A stretch of 64,000 bases of DNA from an uncultured Aquiluna sp. (GTDB taxonomy: Bacteria; Actinomycetota; Actinomycetes; Actinomycetales; Microbacteriaceae). The translations under genes were made by a program, and so were the position numbers. The stretch spans positions 496,001 to 560,000 of the forward strand of contig CAJYLB010000001.1 of NCBI GenBank assembly GCA_913775595.1, read 5' to 3'. Positions 47,444-57,821 of this stretch are shown here, one piece after another (positions within the stretch are counted from its first letter, which is position 1; every line of letters begins with the position of its first letter). The notes beneath the pieces were generated by a model. It saw only the letters and a program-made list of their open reading frames with translations, was not told where the DNA came from and did not search any database.

Positions 47444-48646
47444 TTACCCGTCCAGGTAATCTCTGAGCAGCTGGGAGCGGGATGGGTGACGAAGCTTCGA
47501 CATTGTCTTTGATTCGATCTGGCGAATCCGCTCTCTGGTAACGCCAAACTTCTCACCAATTTGATCAAGAGTCATTTGAACGCCATCACCCAGGCCGAAG
47601 CGTGATCGGATAACACCGGCTTCCCTGGGGTGGAGGGAGTCAAGAACCCTCTCGAGTTCCTGCTGCAGCATGGTGAAGCCGACCGCGTCTGCAGGAACTA
47701 CCGCCTCGGTGTCCTCAATCAAATCGCCAAACTCACTGTCGCCATCCTCACCCAGCGGAGTTGAGAGGGAGATTGGCTCGCGGCCATATTTCTGAACCTC
47801 GACAACCTTCTCTGGAGTCATGTCCAACTCAGCGGCCAGCTCTTCCGGCGTTGGCTCCCTACCAAGGTCCTGGAGCAGCTGCCTTTGCACCCTAGCAAGC
47901 TTGTTGATTACCTCAACCATGTGCACAGGGATACGAATGGTTCTCGCCTGGTCGGCCATGGCCCTAGTGATTGCCTGGCGAATCCACCATGTTGCATAGG
48001 TGGAGAACTTATAGCCCTTGGTGTAGTCAAATTTTTCAACCGCACGTATCAGACCTAGGTTGCCCTCTTGGATCAAATCAAGAAACTGCATGCCTCGACC
48101 GGTGTAGCGCTTGGCGAGTGATACAACAAGACGCAGGTTGGCCTCTAGCAGGTGGCTCTTGGCCCTTTGACCATCCTTCACAACCCAGTTCAAATCTCGC
48201 CTGTCAGCTGGGCTTAACTTTGAAGCAGTTCCGAGCTTTTCCTCTGCAAAGAGTCCGGCTTCGATGCGCTTTGCCAGCTCTACCTCGAGCTCGGCGTTGA
48301 GAAGCGCAACCTTACCGATCTGCTTTAGGTAGTCCTTAACTGGATCCGCCGTTGCACCACTTATCGTGAGATTCTGAACCGGTATGTCGTCTTCGTCATC
48401 GGTGAGGACCATGAGGTCCTTGGGAAGCTCGATAGTGCCGGTTGGAAGATCCTCTTTGCTGTCCTCTGGGGCTTCTGTTTCATCGTCAGCGGTGAGGTCT
48501 ACGGCCTCTTTCGCCTCGGAGACAATGTCCTCTACCGAGTCGTCCTCATCCTCATCCATCTCCTCCTGATCCTGCGTTGCCTTAGCGCGGGCACGTTTAG
48601 GAGTGGCCTTGGTGGATTTGGCCTTGGCTTTGGAGACAGTTGCGAT
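47444..48646 (-). CDS. rpoD: Principal RNA polymerase sigma factor (SigA/HrdB/RpoD)
   Basis: [57 protein letters not shown]; first ATG is 48559 but the frame extends through a K/A-rich segment to ATC 48646 (start uncertain). Confidence 0.95.
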   Translation of the reverse strand: MATVSKAKAKSTKATPKRARAKATQDQEEMDEDEDDSVEDIVSEAKEAVDLTADDETEAPEDSKEDLPTGTIELPKDLMVLTDDEDDIPVQNLTISGATADPVKDYLKQIGKVALLNAELEVELAKRIEAGLFAEEKLGTASKLSPADRRDLNWVVKDGQRAKSHLLEANLRLVVSLAKRYTGRGMQFLDLIQEGNLGLIRAVEKFDYTKGYKFSTYATWWIRQAITRAMADQARTIRIPVHMVEVINKLARVQRQLLQDLGREPTPEELAAELDMTPEKVVEVQKYGREPISLSTPLGEDGDSEFGDLIEDTEAVVPADAVGFTMLQQELERVLDSLHPREAGVIRSRFGLGDGVQMTLDQIGEKFGVTRERIRQIESKTMSKLRHPSRSQLLRDYLDG

Positions 48647-48674
48647 GATGTCCTCTTTGTTTTGGGCAGACTAT

Positions 48675-48728
48675 AAACCCTTGTCAAGTCGCAAGACCTG
48701 AAAGGGTTTGAGCGCCAATTATGTCACA
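48675..48728 (-). promoter_or_regulatory. Extended -10 promoter and 5'-leader hairpin of rpoD
   Basis: TGTG-A-CATAAT (48728-48718) then AAACCCTT-TCAGGTC-ttgc-GACTTGA-c-AAGGGTTT (48709-48675). Confidence 0.6.
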
Positions 48729-48771
48729 GAATTAGCGTCGTAGGAGAGATATAAGAGTATTTGCTAAAGGT

Positions 48772-49677
48772 TTATTCCTCGTCCTTGCGCTTTTGTTGCA
48801 TAGTCGCAAGGTACTTTTCTAGATCATCCGCAATTTGGTCTGCATCTGGGGTTTCTTGACGCGGCTTGCCAATTGGCGCCCTAGCGGGACCGGAGTCGCC
48901 GTTGGCATAGCCCTGTTCTAACGTGGCAATCAACTTGGCCAACTCGGCATTCTCCTGGACCTGTGCGTCAACCTTTGCGTCGAACTTAGTGGCTCGGTCG
49001 CGAATCTCATCGGATGGGAAGACCAGACCCGTAGCCGCAGTGATCAACTCGAGTCCCCGGAGTGCAGCTCTTGGCACCTCGTTGTCTGCAAGGTAATGCG
49101 GAACAAGCAACACAAAGCCGGCCGTATCGAAACCTGCCTCGCCGAGCCTGTACTCGAGCAGGTGAATCACATTGCCCGGGACCTGTGTCTGCGGTTTCCA
49201 CTCGGAGAATCGAGTAATCATGTCTTCGCGGTTTCCGCTCACAGTGATTCCTGTGGGCCGCGTGTGTGGAATTGGGAAAGGTATGGCGTGCACCCAGGTA
49301 AAGGACTGAACGTCATACGCCTCGCAAAACCGCACTACTGATCTGGCGAATGCCTCCCAGCGCATGTCTGGCTCGTAACCATCGAGGAGCAAGAAAGGCT
49401 GACCAGCCTCATCCCACACCAAATAAACAGCCAAAGTTGCCGGCTCGTAACTCTCAATGTGGTCTTTGTCAAAAAACAGGGTGGGCCTTCGCGACCTGTA
49501 ATCAAGAAGTTCATCGTTATCGAAACGAAGGACTAGCTCATGTTTTAGAGAGGAAAAGAAGTGGTCCGATAACTGACCTATCGTGCTCCCGGAATCGGTG
49601 AATCCGGAAAGCATTGCAACCATCGGAAGCGACTGAATGTCCGACTGAGTCTCGAATTGTTGATAGAGCTCACTCAT
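48772..49677 (-). CDS. PAC2 (proteasome assembly chaperone) family protein
   Basis: GFTDSG, LDYRSRRP, GYEPD..WE.F, PHTRP, VPHYL. Confidence 0.88.
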   Translation of the reverse strand: MSELYQQFETQSDIQSLPMVAMLSGFTDSGSTIGQLSDHFFSSLKHELVLRFDNDELLDYRSRRPTLFFDKDHIESYEPATLAVYLVWDEAGQPFLLLDGYEPDMRWEAFARSVVRFCEAYDVQSFTWVHAIPFPIPHTRPTGITVSGNREDMITRFSEWKPQTQVPGNVIHLLEYRLGEAGFDTAGFVLLVPHYLADNEVPRAALRGLELITAATGLVFPSDEIRDRATKFDAKVDAQVQENAELAKLIATLEQGYANGDSGPARAPIGKPRQETPDADQIADDLEKYLATMQQKRKDEE

Positions 49678-49709
49678 GGCCCGATACTAACCCACTTACA
49701 CTTATCGAC

Positions 49710-51077
49710 ATGCACAACATAGAACTGCTTACTGATCTCCCAACAGCCCCTTACCAGCTCGCAATTCCCTATTCGGATTCATCGCAGGACCTTTCCGGCT
49801 TCGGCATCAAAAAATCAGATTTGGACACCTACAAGGCCGAGCCCAAAAAAGGAAATGTAGCTCGATTGCCTGCCGAGAACGGTGTCGTCCTGCTGTTAGG
49901 TGGTAAGCAGTCCACCAAAGACTTCGCAGCTGCAGCATGCAGGGCCGCCTCTACAGCACTCCCCCTAGTCATTGAAGCTGGCAATGAGGCCAGCGACGTG
50001 CTTGAAGGCGTCCTGCTTTCTGATGCGACACCAACCAGTTACAAGGCGGCCACCTCTAAAGCGCCACTCGAGGTAAAGGTAGTCGGCGGGAACTCCGCAA
50101 CGCTTGAGGTTCAGAGAGTCGTAGCAGAGGAAATAGTTGCCGCGCGCGAGATCATCAACATGCCCGCCAATGACCTCTATCCAGAACGGCTGGCCGCAAT
50201 AGCAGCAGAGCGCGGAAAGTCTGCTGGTGTTGATGTCGAGATTTGGGACGAATCGAGACTCGAGAAAGAGGAGTGCGGGGGCATACTCGCTGTCGGCAAA
50301 GGGTCAAAGCGTCCTCCACGGCTAATAAAGCTCACCTATAAGGGCGGCGGTAAGCACCTCGCCCTGGCAGGTAAAGGTATTACTTTCGACACCGGAGGTC
50401 TATCACTCAAGCCCGCCGAATCAATGGTGGGGATGAAGTACGACATGGCGGGGGCCGCAACCGTCATGGCAGCCACCCTGGCAATCGCCAGGCTAGGGCT
50501 CAAAGTAGACATCACAACAGTGATGTGCGTGGCTGAGAACATGCCCTCAGGTGAGGCGACTAGGCCTGGCGATGTGATCAAAATTCGAGGCGGAAAAACT
50601 GTCGAGGTTCTAAATACCGACGCAGAGGGACGATTAGTGCTGGCGGACGGACTAACCGTGCTATCTGAATTGAGACCCGATCACATTGTGGATGTGGCCA
50701 CGCTTACAGGTGCAGCAACTATCGCACTGGGCAAGCGCTACAGCGGCCTCATGGGACATGGCGCTGCCGTAGAGAAAGTCTTGGAAGCTGCCAAGGCCTC
50801 CGAGGAGCTTGTGTGGCACATGCCGCTCGCTGAGGATCTTCGCAGCACATTGGATAGCGATCTGGCAGACATGACTAACGTGAAAATCGGAAATCGTGCT
50901 GGGGGCATGATTGTCGGAGGTCTCTTCCTAGAAAAGTTCGTTCCGGAGGGAACCTCCTGGGCCCATCTAGACATTGCTAGCGCGGCTAACAACGATGGCT
51001 CGCCCTACTCCGTTTATCCCTCTGGGGCCACAGGAGTAATGGTTCGCACATTGGTGAATCTTGCAAGAAGCATCTAG
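49710..51077 (+). CDS. pepA: Leucyl aminopeptidase (M17)
   Basis: GKGITFDTGG, MKYDMAG, NTDAEGRLVLAD, ATLTGA, WAHLDIA; start ATG 49710. Confidence 0.93.
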   Translation: MHNIELLTDLPTAPYQLAIPYSDSSQDLSGFGIKKSDLDTYKAEPKKGNVARLPAENGVVLLLGGKQSTKDFAAAACRAASTALPLVIEAGNEASDVLEGVLLSDATPTSYKAATSKAPLEVKVVGGNSATLEVQRVVAEEIVAAREIINMPANDLYPERLAAIAAERGKSAGVDVEIWDESRLEKEECGGILAVGKGSKRPPRLIKLTYKGGGKHLALAGKGITFDTGGLSLKPAESMVGMKYDMAGAATVMAATLAIARLGLKVDITTVMCVAENMPSGEATRPGDVIKIRGGKTVEVLNTDAEGRLVLADGLTVLSELRPDHIVDVATLTGAATIALGKRYSGLMGHGAAVEKVLEAAKASEELVWHMPLAEDLRSTLDSDLADMTNVKIGNRAGGMIVGGLFLEKFVPEGTSWAHLDIASAANNDGSPYSVYPSGATGVMVRTLVNLARSI

Positions 51078-51129
51078 GGGCCTGGGTAGTAGACTTGCAA
51101 CCTGTTTTGGGTAAACAGACGGAGCTTTA

Positions 51130-52503
51130 ATGGCAAACACCACTTTTGACCTTGTAATTCTAGGTTCGGGCTCGGGCGGCTATGCCGCAGCCCTAAGGGC
51201 TGCTCAGCTGGGTATGAGTGTCGCCCTCATCGAACGAGACAAGCTAGGTGGTACCTGTCTTCACCGAGGTTGCATCCCTACCAAAGCTCTGCTGCATTCT
51301 GCTGAAGTGGCCGACACTGCAAAAGAAGCCGCCAACTACGGCGTCCAGGCGACGTTCCAGGGTATAGACATGACCCAGGTAAACAAGTACCGCGACTCCA
51401 TCGTCGACAAGCTTTACAAGGGCCTCACCGGGCTGGTCAGCTCAAAGAACATCACTTTCGTACAGGGCGAGGGTCGCATGACCGGCCCTAAGCAGGTCAC
51501 AGTCGGATCTGAGGTCTATGAAGGTAAGAATCTTGTTCTCGCCACCGGCTCAGTTTCCAAAACACTCGGCATTGAAATCGGCGGCAGGGTTATAACCAGC
51601 GACCAAGCCCTACAGATGGACTGGGTTCCTGGCAAGGTTGCAATCCTTGGTGGCGGCGTCATCGGAGTGGAGTTTGCCTCAGTGTGGCGCTCATTTGGAG
51701 CCGAGGTGGTAATCATTGAAGGCCTAGACAGGCTGGTTCCAAATGAGGAGCCTGCTATCAGCAAGGCACTTGATCGCGCCTATCGCAAGCGAGGCATCGA
51801 GTCAAAGCTGGGCAACAAGTTCAAGTCCGTTACTCAAGATGACAAGCAGGTCACTATCGAGCTTGAAAATGGCGATCAGGTAGTCGCAGATATCCTCTTA
51901 GTTGCGGTCGGCAGAGGGCCAAACGCGACTGGCTTTGGCTATGAGGAGCAGGGCATTTCAATGGACCGTGGCTGGGTCCTCACCAACGACAGGCTCGAGA
52001 CCAACCTTTCGGGTGTTTACGCGGTAGGCGACATCGTTCCTGGACTTCAGCTCGCTCACCGCGGCTTCATGCATGGAATTTTCGTTGCTGAAGAGATTGC
52101 TGGACTAAAGCCGGTGAAGGTTGATGAAATGGGCATTCCCCGTGTGACCTATTGCGAACCGGAGATTGCTTCGGTTGGGCTTACCGAGGATCAGGCCAAA
52201 GAGAAGTTTGGTGCTGAGGGCATCTCTACCTATGAGTACAACCTCGCTGGTAACGGCAAGAGCAACATCCTTGGTACCGCAGGAGTAATCAAGCTAATTA
52301 GGCAGAACAACGGCCCCGTAGTTGGTTTCCACATGATCGGTTCGAGGGCCGGCGAGCAAATTGGCGAGGCGCAGCTAATCGTCAACTGGGAAGCCTATCC
52401 GGAGGACGTAGCACCACACATACACGCACACCCAACTATGAACGAGGCAATCGGCGAGGCGCACCTAGCGCTCGCTGGAAAGCCTCTTCACGCACACGCA
52501 TAG
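51130..52503 (+). CDS. lpdA: Dihydrolipoyl dehydrogenase
   Basis: GSGSGGY, GGTCLHRGCIPTK, GGGVIGVE, HAHPTMNE. Confidence 0.96.
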   Translation: MANTTFDLVILGSGSGGYAAALRAAQLGMSVALIERDKLGGTCLHRGCIPTKALLHSAEVADTAKEAANYGVQATFQGIDMTQVNKYRDSIVDKLYKGLTGLVSSKNITFVQGEGRMTGPKQVTVGSEVYEGKNLVLATGSVSKTLGIEIGGRVITSDQALQMDWVPGKVAILGGGVIGVEFASVWRSFGAEVVIIEGLDRLVPNEEPAISKALDRAYRKRGIESKLGNKFKSVTQDDKQVTIELENGDQVVADILLVAVGRGPNATGFGYEEQGISMDRGWVLTNDRLETNLSGVYAVGDIVPGLQLAHRGFMHGIFVAEEIAGLKPVKVDEMGIPRVTYCEPEIASVGLTEDQAKEKFGAEGISTYEYNLAGNGKSNILGTAGVIKLIRQNNGPVVGFHMIGSRAGEQIGEAQLIVNWEAYPEDVAPHIHAHPTMNEAIGEAHLALAGKPLHAHA

Positions 52504-52524
52504 CCTCAGTCAGGAAAAGGAACG

Positions 52525-53907
52525 ATGAGCGAAGTAGTACTACCAGCACTAGGTGAGTCGGTAACTGAAGGAACCGTTACTAGGTGGCTGAAGAAGGTCG
52601 GAGACACCGTGGCCGTGGACGAGCCACTAGTCGAGGTGTCAACTGACAAGGTAGACACCGAGATTCCGAGTCCAGTCGCTGGGGTAGTTCAGCAGATTCT
52701 GGTTCAGGAGGACGAGACAATTGAGGTCGGTGCCGTCCTCGCAATTGTCGGCGAGGGTGCCGCCCCAGAGATCGCTCCGGCAGCACCAGCTGAGCCAGTC
52801 GCCTCAGCACCAGCAGCCCCAGAAGTTCCCGCTGCCGCTCCTACTCCCCCGGCGCCTCCAGCACCCGTTGCTGCTGCACCGGCTACTCCACCAGCCCCAC
52901 CTGCGCCTGTGGCTGCCCCACCTGCACCTCCCGCCCCAGTCGCCCCGCCAGCTCCTGCCGCTCCAGTTGCACCTGCTGCGCCAGCTGCGAGTGAAAGCGA
53001 CCCAAACTATGTCACCCCAATCGTTAGAAAACTCGCCTCCGACCTAGGCGTTGACCTAGCGAATGTTCAGGGCACGGGAATTGGCGGCCGTATTCGTAAA
53101 GAAGATGTTGTCGCCGCTGGGTCTCAACCAGCAGAGCAGGCACCAGCTGCGCAGCCACCTGCCGCTCAAGCACCAGTTGAGAGCAGTGCACTAAGGGGAA
53201 CCTCAGAACCTATGACCAGGCTTCGCAAAGTGCTTGCGGAACGCGCCGTTGCCTCTATGCAGCAATCAGCCCAGCTCACGACTGTCGTAGAGGTAGATGT
53301 CACTGCAATTGCGCAGCTTCGTGACAGGGTGAAGGCCGACTTCCTGGCAAAGACCGGAAACAAACTCAGCTTCATGCCCTTCTTCACCCTTGCGGCGGCA
53401 GAAGCACTTAGGGCGCACCCAAAGATCAACAGCACTGTCGAGGGAGAAAACATCGTCTATCACGATGGCGAGAACATCTCATTCGCTGTTGACACCGAAA
53501 GAGGGCTTCTGACTCCTGTGCTTCGCAACACCGCCAGCATGAGCATTTCTCAGCTAGCTGCTCAGATTGCCGACATGGCAGAGCGCACCAGGAACAACCA
53601 ACTCAAGCCCGATGAGCTTGCCGGCGGAACCTTTACGGTTACCAACACTGGTTCTCGTGGTGCACTCTTTGACACCCCTGTCGTCTTCCTGCCTCAATCT
53701 GCAATTCTTGGCACCGGAATCGTGACCAAACGACCCGCCGTTGTCAAGGACGCTGCTGGAAACGAAGCAATTGCAATTAGGTCAATGGTCTACCTGGCAC
53801 TCTCCTATGACCACAGGATCATTGATGGCGCGGATGCTTCTAGGTACCTGGCAGACGTAAAGACACGCCTTGAGGCCGGAGCATTTGAAGCCAACCTCGG
53901 CATCTAG
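52525..53907 (+). CDS. sucB: 2-oxo-acid dehydrogenase E2 component (SucB/DlaT)
   Basis: One lipoyl domain (STDKVD), Pro/Ala linker, E3-binding domain ([12 protein letters not shown]), catalytic DHRIIDG. Confidence 0.92.
   Translation: MSEVVLPALGESVTEGTVTRWLKKVGDTVAVDEPLVEVSTDKVDTEIPSPVAGVVQQILVQEDETIEVGAVLAIVGEGAAPEIAPAAPAEPVASAPAAPEVPAAAPTPPAPPAPVAAAPATPPAPPAPVAAPPAPPAPVAPPAPAAPVAPAAPAASESDPNYVTPIVRKLASDLGVDLANVQGTGIGGRIRKEDVVAAGSQPAEQAPAAQPPAAQAPVESSALRGTSEPMTRLRKVLAERAVASMQQSAQLTTVVEVDVTAIAQLRDRVKADFLAKTGNKLSFMPFFTLAAAEALRAHPKINSTVEGENIVYHDGENISFAVDTERGLLTPVLRNTASMSISQLAAQIADMAERTRNNQLKPDELAGGTFTVTNTGSRGALFDTPVVFLPQSAILGTGIVTKRPAVVKDAAGNEAIAIRSMVYLALSYDHRIIDGADASRYLADVKTRLEAGAFEANLGI
52770..52990 (+). 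repeat. Pro/Ala-rich degenerate coding repeat in the E2 linker
   Basis: Three or four [13 protein letters not shown] units with divergent codons. Confidence 0.6.
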
Positions 53908-53949
53908 TTCCTTGGTTGGACTCAACGCCTCAAAGGCCTTGGCCTAACC

Positions 53950-54585
53950 ATGCCACTTTTTGAGCGAATCGGATTTGATCCCGATTTTGTCTCATACTCT
54001 GACGGATACCAAACACAGCTTTCTGTGCATGCTGAAGTGGTTTCGGGGCAGAGAGAAGATACCGTCCTACTTCTAGAGCACTCAAGCGTTTATACAGCTG
54101 GCAAACGTACTGAGATGCACGAGCTCCCCAGAGACGGAAGCGAATTTGTAGAGACCAATCGTGGCGGGAAGATTACCTGGCATGGCCCTGGGCAGCTCGT
54201 CGGTTATCCGATCATGCGTCTTCCCCAACCGATAGATGTTGTGAATTACGTGAGGTTCTTGGAGCAGACACTGATCGATGTAATTGCTCAATTTGGCATC
54301 ACTGGTCAAAGAGTCGCCGGCCGCACGGGGGTCTGGGTTGAAGACAAGGGTGACCTGGTCAAAGTGGCAGCAATAGGCATCCGCGTCTCCGAAAAGGTGA
54401 CAATGCATGGTTTTGCTCTCAATTGCAACAACTCGCTAGAGCCCTATGAGCACATAATTGCCTGTGGCATTGATGATGCACGCAGCAGCACACTCAGCGA
54501 ATTAGCATCGAAGGAGATAACTCCGATTGAAGCAGCTACCCTTGTAGAGCAGATTATGAAAGAGATCCCAAATGCCAGAGGCTAA
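53950..54585 (+). CDS. lipB: Octanoyltransferase LipB
   Basis: [38 protein letters not shown]. Confidence 0.95.
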   Translation: MPLFERIGFDPDFVSYSDGYQTQLSVHAEVVSGQREDTVLLLEHSSVYTAGKRTEMHELPRDGSEFVETNRGGKITWHGPGQLVGYPIMRLPQPIDVVNYVRFLEQTLIDVIAQFGITGQRVAGRTGVWVEDKGDLVKVAAIGIRVSEKVTMHGFALNCNNSLEPYEHIIACGIDDARSSTLSELASKEITPIEAATLVEQIMKEIPNARG

Positions 54586-55564
54586 TCCATCGAGAAAACT
54601 TCTTCGTTTGGAGGTTCGCAACTCGCAGGTGCCCATTGAGCGAAAGCCCGAGTGGATTCGCACCACTGCAAAGATGGGACCCGAATACAAGCAGCTTCAT
54701 TCACTGGTAAAAGACCAAAACCTCAACACTGTTTGTCAGGAGGCAGGTTGCCCCAACATCTTTGAATGCTGGGAGGACCGAGAAGCCACATTCCTCATTG
54801 GAGGCTCGCAGTGCACCAGAAGGTGTGATTTCTGCCAGATTGACACCGGCAAACCTGCTGCCTTCGATGCGGATGAGCCGAGGCGTGTTGGTGACTCGGT
54901 CAACAAAATGCAGCTGAGGTATGCAACAGTGACCGGCGTTGCCCGCGATGATCTTCCAGATGAGGGCGCTTGGCTCTACGCAGAAACCATTAGGCAGATC
55001 CACAAACAGTCACCCGGAACCGGTGTGGAGATTCTTGTGCCTGATTTTTCGGGTAACCCAGAGCTTCTAAAGCTCGTCTTCGACGCCAAGCCCGAGGTCT
55101 TTGCGCACAACGTGGAAACGGTGCCCAGGATCTTTAAGCGCATCAGGCCAGCTTTCGACTACCAGCGCTCGATGGACGTAATCACGCAGGCCAGAGACTA
55201 CGGCCTGGTTACAAAGTCCAACCTCATACTTGGAATGGGCGAGGAGAGAGACGAGATCATCCAAGCCCTGCACGATCTCCACGATGCCGGAACCGACATC
55301 ATCACGGTCACCCAGTACCTGCGACCTTCGCCTCGCCACCACCCCGTAGAGCGCTGGGTAAAGCCCGAAGAATTTGTGGAACTGGCTCAAATCGCCGAAG
55401 ACATTGGCTTCCTCGGAGTCCTGTCGGGGCCATTAGTTAGGTCCAGCTATCGTGCCGGTCGCCTCTGGGCCAAGAGCATGATTGCAAAGGGGCGGGAGAT
55501 TCCTGAGGAGCTAAGGCATCTGGCCGACAAATTAGAGTTCGCGCAAGCCAGCGCGATTGCCTAA
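54572..55564 (+). CDS. lipA: Lipoyl synthase
   Basis: [24 protein letters not shown]. Confidence 0.97.
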   Translation: MPEANPSRKLLRLEVRNSQVPIERKPEWIRTTAKMGPEYKQLHSLVKDQNLNTVCQEAGCPNIFECWEDREATFLIGGSQCTRRCDFCQIDTGKPAAFDADEPRRVGDSVNKMQLRYATVTGVARDDLPDEGAWLYAETIRQIHKQSPGTGVEILVPDFSGNPELLKLVFDAKPEVFAHNVETVPRIFKRIRPAFDYQRSMDVITQARDYGLVTKSNLILGMGEERDEIIQALHDLHDAGTDIITVTQYLRPSPRHHPVERWVKPEEFVELAQIAEDIGFLGVLSGPLVRSSYRAGRLWAKSMIAKGREIPEELRHLADKLEFAQASAIA

Positions 55565-55577
55565 GTAGACTAGGCGC

Positions 55578-56273
55578 GTGGCAAAGAAAGATAAGGCACC
55601 TGGGAGACTAAAACAGCTCCTGCAGGTTTATAAGTCGACCGCTAAGAATGACCCCACTAGCGTTTGGATCGCAGCGCTTGGCTTCCTACTAGCCTCCGGC
55701 GGCGGACTTCTCGTTGGCTTTCTGCTCGGCGGCGGAGAGCCTTGGAGCCTAACCATTTGGACGATTTCCGGAGTGGTCTCCGGAATCTTGATTGCCATGA
55801 TCTTGATGTCAAAGCGTGCCGAGCGCAATGCCTATCAGCAGATTGAAGGTCAGGCAGGTGCTGTTGGGGCTGTTCTAGACACCCAAATTAAGCGCAGCTG
55901 GCGAGCCTCGTCAGTTCCGGTGGCTGTCAACCCCAAAAGCCGTGAGGCTATCTACCGCATGATCGGCCCTGCTGGCGTCGTCCTGATAGCCGAGGGAACC
56001 TCAGCGAGGGTAAGTCAAATGCTGCAGGATGAAGCCAGGAAGGTCAACAGAGCGGCCCCTGGAGTGAAGGTCCACCAACTAAGAGTGACTATCGATGATT
56101 CAGGTGTGCGCCTCTACGAACTCCTAAAGACCGTCTACAAACTTGGAAAGACCCTAAGGCGTGCCGAGGTAGCTGTAGTTGCGAATCGCTTGGACGCTCT
56201 GGGAGGGCTCTCAATCCCAATCCCTAAGGGCATTGACCCAACAAAGGTTCGGGCGCCAAAGCGCAAGTTTTAA
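55578..56273 (+). CDS. DUF4191 family membrane protein
   Basis: Two TM helices; AY.QIEGQ.GA, G.AGVVL..EG, PIPKGIDP; between lipA and glnA1. Confidence 0.85.
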   Translation: MAKKDKAPGRLKQLLQVYKSTAKNDPTSVWIAALGFLLASGGGLLVGFLLGGGEPWSLTIWTISGVVSGILIAMILMSKRAERNAYQQIEGQAGAVGAVLDTQIKRSWRASSVPVAVNPKSREAIYRMIGPAGVVLIAEGTSARVSQMLQDEARKVNRAAPGVKVHQLRVTIDDSGVRLYELLKTVYKLGKTLRRAEVAVVANRLDALGGLSIPIPKGIDPTKVRAPKRKF

Positions 56274-56285
56274 CATTTCTGAAAC
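56270..56285 (+). promoter_or_regulatory. Putative GlnR box upstream of glnA1
   Basis: TTAAC-atttct-GAAAC followed by a TAGTTT -10-like hexamer. Confidence 0.7.
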
Positions 56286-56348
56286 ATAAGTTCAGTAGTT
56301 TTTACCCATTCCCCGCGGGAACTCAATTCACCTAAGAAAGAGATACCT

Positions 56349-57773
56349 ATGTTCAAAACAGCCTCTGAGGTGTTGGCATACATCAAGGAAAATGACGTCA
56401 AGTTCGTGGATGTCCGTTTCACAGACCTTCCTGGTGTTCAGCAGCACTTCAACCTTCCTGTTTCACAGATTGACGAAGACTTCTTCGCGAACGGGCAGCT
56501 ATTTGACGCCTCCTCGATTCGAGGCTTCGCTGCAATTCACGAGAGCGACATGCAGCTGATCCCAGACGTTACAACTGCGTGGATTGATCCGTTCCGTGTT
56601 GAGAAGACTCTCATCATGAACTTCGACATCTACAACCCAAGAAATGGCGAGCTTTACCACCGCGACCCAAGACAGGTTGCGCACAAGGCAGAGCGCTACC
56701 TGCAGTCCACTGGAATTGCGGACACTGCATACTTTGCACCAGAAGCTGAGTTCTTCATCTTTGACGAGGTTCGCTACGAGGTAAAGGCCCACACCGCATA
56801 TCACATGGTGGACTCCGTTGAAGGACCTTGGAACAGCGCCAAAGCTGAGGAGGGTGGAAACCTAGGTAACAAGACCCCTCACAAGGGTGGCTATTTCCCT
56901 GTGTCCCCAACCGACCATCTGGCTGACATCCGCGATGCAATCGTGCTCGAGCTTGAGGCTGCAGGTCTCTCAGTGGAGCGTTCACACCACGAGGTGGGAA
57001 CCGCTGGACAGTGCGAGATCAACTACCGCTTCGACCAGCTCATCAAGAGCGCTGACGACATCCTGAAGTTCAAGTACATCGTCAAGAACGTGGCAACTCA
57101 GTTTGGTAAGACCGCTACATTCATGCCAAAGCCTCTCTTCGGAGACAATGGTTCGGGAATGCACGTTCACCAGTCACTCTGGAAGGACGGCAAGCCGCTC
57201 TTCTACGACGAATCTGGTTACGGCGGTCTAAGCGACACTGCCCGTTGGTACATCGGAGGCATTCTGAAGCACGCGCCAAGCATCCTCGCGTTTACCAACC
57301 CAACCATTAACTCTTACCACCGACTGGTTCCAGGCTTCGAGGCTCCTGTTAATCTCGTTTACTCTGCTGGTAACCGCTCGGCCGCAATCCGTATCCCTAT
57401 GACCGGTTCAAACCCGAAGGCCAAGCGTATTGAGTTCCGCGCCCCAGACAGCTCAGGTAACCCATACCTCGCGTTCTCTGCAATGTTGATGGCAGGTCTG
57501 GATGGAATCAAGAACCGTATTGAGCCACACGAGCCAGTCGACAAGGACCTCTACGAGTTGCCTGCAGAGGAAGCTGCCGCGATTCCACAGGTTCCAGGAA
57601 GCCTTGACCAGGTACTGATTGCCCTAGAGAACGACCACGAGTTCCTGCTCGAGGGAGATGTGTTCACCAAGGACCTAATCGAGAACTGGATCGACTACAA
57701 GCGTGAGAAGGAGCTGAAGCCAATGGCGCAGCGTCCTCACCCGTTTGAGTTCGAGCTTTACTACGGAGTCTAA
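56349..57773 (+). CDS. glnA: Glutamine synthetase type I (GSI-beta)
   Basis: [44 protein letters not shown], adenylylation site DKDLYEL. Confidence 0.98.
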   Translation: MFKTASEVLAYIKENDVKFVDVRFTDLPGVQQHFNLPVSQIDEDFFANGQLFDASSIRGFAAIHESDMQLIPDVTTAWIDPFRVEKTLIMNFDIYNPRNGELYHRDPRQVAHKAERYLQSTGIADTAYFAPEAEFFIFDEVRYEVKAHTAYHMVDSVEGPWNSAKAEEGGNLGNKTPHKGGYFPVSPTDHLADIRDAIVLELEAAGLSVERSHHEVGTAGQCEINYRFDQLIKSADDILKFKYIVKNVATQFGKTATFMPKPLFGDNGSGMHVHQSLWKDGKPLFYDESGYGGLSDTARWYIGGILKHAPSILAFTNPTINSYHRLVPGFEAPVNLVYSAGNRSAAIRIPMTGSNPKAKRIEFRAPDSSGNPYLAFSAMLMAGLDGIKNRIEPHEPVDKDLYELPAEEAAAIPQVPGSLDQVLIALENDHEFLLEGDVFTKDLIENWIDYKREKELKPMAQRPHPFEFELYYGV

Positions 57774-57791
57774 GCACTTCAACAAAGTAAT

Positions 57792-57820
57792 AGGGAGGCA
57801 GGGAAACTTGCCTCCCTTTT
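57792..57820 (+). terminator. Intrinsic terminator after glnA1 (probably bidirectional with glnE)
   Basis: AGGGAGGCAGG-gaaa-CTTGCCTCCCT followed by TTT. Confidence 0.85.
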
Positions 57821-57821
57821 A

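Noticed and set aside
48670..48687. TTGACA and TATAGT upstream of rpoD read as a -35/-10 pair
   Set aside because: They are only 6 bp apart; TTGACA is better explained as part of the leader hairpin.
52770..52990. Repetitive C-rich DNA as a possible CRISPR array or VNTR
   Set aside because: It encodes the normal Pro/Ala linker of the E2 subunit; there are no identical repeats with spacers and no cas genes.
53925..53948. AGGCC-TT-GGCCT inverted repeat after sucB as a terminator
   Set aside because: Stem too short, loop too tight and no T-tract.
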